NCBI GenBank assembly: GCA_965248055.1
Contig: CBDFIJ010000004.1
Location: forward strand, 2,823,908-2,887,907
Length of the DNA: 64,000 nucleotides
Source of the DNA: Candidatus Multivoradales bacterium
GTDB lineage: Bacteria; Acidobacteriota; Thermoanaerobaculia; Multivoradales; JAHEKO01
Direction: 5' to 3'
This document shows positions 62,445 through 64,000 of this stretch, in pieces. Under the pieces are notes generated by a model. It searched no databases, was not told where the DNA came from, and saw nothing but the letters and a program-made list of their open reading frames with translations. Position 1 is the stretch's first letter, and every line of letters begins with the position of its first letter. Both the position numbers and the translations under genes were made by a program.

Positions 62445-63373
62445 CGCGCGAGTCTCTTGCGCCGGCGCTCAAAGAATTGCATCAGGGTCTGCATGTAGGG
62501 TCGATCGGTGCGCAGGGTCAGATGATCGACTCCGAGTTTGCGAAAGCGGTCGGACCAAGCTTCGCGGTCCGCTTGCCGAGCTTGCTGCACTTGCTCCGCG
62601 AATCGTCGACCGGAAACCATCGCTTGCCGACCGGTCTCAGCGTCGGCGACCAGCACCGGGAATCGGGTCACCGGGGGTTGGTGGTCTTTCGGGTCGTAGA
62701 GCTCAACCGCGATCAGGTCGTGGCGAGCTGCCGCGGCTGCCAAGGCGCTCCCGGCTTCGACACCGACGAAGTCGGAGATCAAGAACACAACGCTCTTGTG
62801 GTCGAGGGATCGCAGAACTTGGTTGAGTCCAGCTTGTAGGTCGGTGCCGCCCTCGGCGGGATGGTGCAGCAGTTCCCGGACCATTCTCAAGACATGGTTG
62901 CGCCGTCGATCGGGGGGCAGGAAAACATCGACCCCTTGGCTGACCAGAGCTGCGCCAACCCGGTCTTGATTGCGAATGGCAGCGAAGGCAAGTAGCGCGG
63001 ACACCTCGGCTGCCAGTTCCCGCTTGAGGATCGCGTGGGAGCCAAAAGACAAACTGCCAGAAACATCGACCACCAAAAACACGGTCAAGTCGCGTTCCTC
63101 AACAAACTGCTTGACGAACGGCGTGCCCATACGAGCGGTAACGTTCCAGTCAATCGATCGCACGTCATCGCCCGGGTGATAGGCGCGCACTTCGGAAAAC
63201 TCCATACCGCGGCCACGAAACGCCGAGTGATACTCCCCGGCGAGCCCTTGATCCACCAATCGATTGGTGGTGATCTCGATCCGCCGTACCTTGGCTAGCA
63301 GGTCGCTAGGGATTTTGCTGGTCGAGTTCTTAGCGGCAGAACTCTTGGTCGCGGTGTTGGTCGTCAAAGCCAA
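62441..63373 (-). CDS. DUF58-domain protein (MoxR partner)
   Basis: GEYHSAFRGRGMEFSEVRAYHPGDDVRSIDWNVTAR...FVKQFVEERDLTVFLVVDVSGS is the canonical DUF58 signature. Confidence 0.85.
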   Translation of the reverse strand: MALTTNTATKSSAAKNSTSKIPSDLLAKVRRIEITTNRLVDQGLAGEYHSAFRGRGMEFSEVRAYHPGDDVRSIDWNVTARMGTPFVKQFVEERDLTVFLVVDVSGSLSFGSHAILKRELAAEVSALLAFAAIRNQDRVGAALVSQGVDVFLPPDRRRNHVLRMVRELLHHPAEGGTDLQAGLNQVLRSLDHKSVVFLISDFVGVEAGSALAAAAARHDLIAVELYDPKDHQPPVTRFPVLVADAETGRQAMVSGRRFAEQVQQARQADREAWSDRFRKLGVDHLTLRTDRPYMQTLMQFFERRRKRLAR

Positions 63374-63408
63374 AGTCCAGGTCGAAGGGAGGCAGACCTA
63401 AAGTTGGG

Positions 63409-64000
63409 TTAGGGGATTTGCACCAGATCGAGCAGACGTTGCACCAGATTGTCGCTGGTGACTTCCTCGGCTTCCGCTTCAAAGGTTGGGATCACTCGAT
63501 GGCGCAGTACGTCGGGGGCCATCATCTTGACGTCTTCCGGGACCACGTAGCCGCGCCCCGCCAGCAGCGCTGTGGCCTTGGCTGCACGCGCGAGAAACAG
63601 GGTTGCCCGAGGGGAAGCACCAAAGGCCAGCAAGTGTTCTAGGTCGCCAGCACCATACTCTGCCGGTCGACGGGTCGCGGCGATCAGGTCGAGGATGTAG
63701 CCGCGTAGTTTCTCGTCCAAGTAGATCCGCTCCACAGCGGCTCGCAGTTTGCGGATCTCCTCGGAATTGGCGACCGGCTGCACATCAAACTCTTGATCCA
63801 CCATCATGCGGTCGAGAATCTCAGCCTCCTCGGCGCGACTGGGATAGTCGATTTTGAGCTTGAGCATGAACCGGTCAACTTGGGCTTCGGCCAGCGGATA
63901 GGTGCCTTCCTGTTCGATCGGGTTTTGCGTTGCCAGCACCATGAACGGGTCGTCCAACACGAAGGTGCTATCACCGATGGTGATCTGACTTTCTTCCATC
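63409..64000 (-). CDS. MoxR-family AAA+ ATPase, C-terminal part (N-terminus beyond the window)
   Basis: FMVLATQNPIEQEGTYPLAEAQVDRFMLKLKIDYP and GASPRATLFLARAAKA are AAA_3/MoxR motifs. The ATG at 63999 in the track is an internal Met. Confidence 0.9.
   Translation of the reverse strand, partial: MEESQITIGDSTFVLDDPFMVLATQNPIEQEGTYPLAEAQVDRFMLKLKIDYPSRAEEAEILDRMMVDQEFDVQPVANSEEIRKLRAAVERIYLDEKLRGYILDLIAATRRPAEYGAGDLEHLLAFGASPRATLFLARAAKATALLAGRGYVVPEDVKMMAPDVLRHRVIPTFEAEAEEVTSDNLVQRLLDLVQIP

Noticed and set aside
1-64000. tRNA, rRNA, tmRNA, RNase P or other housekeeping RNA genes
   Set aside because: A scan by eye for T-loop-like GGTTCGAATCC/GTTCRANYC strings in intergenic regions, and for rRNA-like segments, found nothing. 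The only hits lie inside clear coding regions. A tRNAscan/Infernal run would be needed to be definitive.

Overview
About 60% GC chromosomal DNA from a diderm (Gram-negative-type) bacterium: TolC, a TonB-dependent receptor and a Wza-like exporter are all present. I saw no rRNA, tRNA or CRISPR array by eye. Left to right: (1) An exopolysaccharide/capsule locus: nucleotide-sugar dehydrogenase, PHP-type Tyr phosphatase, a Wzc-like tyrosine autokinase split by a frameshift, Wza-like exporter, OM barrel, O-antigen ligase/polymerase-like protein, VanZ-like protein and an NTP_transf_5 protein. (2) metF, then an IS481-like element whose transposase gene is itself split by an IS5-like element (both flanked by CTAG), then a promoter, a SAM-I-clan riboswitch with terminator, and metH. 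(3) A TetR-TolC-MFP-RND efflux operon. (4) A class A PBP, a TonB-dependent receptor and a UvrA-family ATPase. (5) A MauE/DoxX membrane protein plus a secreted thioredoxin-like protein. (6) A translationally coupled gcvT-like gene and two CrtI-family flavoenzyme genes. (7) A 1.05 kb hierarchical tandem array of about 170-bp units built from long imperfect palindromes with a G-run hairpin. (8) A LuxE-like/LuxC-like pair, with a divergent 2x[4Fe-4S] ferredoxin, a small ORF and TauE. (9) A lower-GC island with a single-chain type IIG/ISP-like restriction-modification enzyme and a pentapeptide-repeat::2TM K+ channel fusion. (10) Lysine catabolism (lat plus an ALDH7-type dehydrogenase). (11) A complete MoxR/DUF58/BatA-E operon that runs off the right edge. 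The best novelty candidates are the palindromic tandem array (41995-43043), the low-GC RM plus pentapeptide-channel island (47.6-52.5 kb), and the LuxC/LuxE-like module with an in-frame 15-nt repeat expansion. All functional calls rest on motif recognition by eye; no database search was run.
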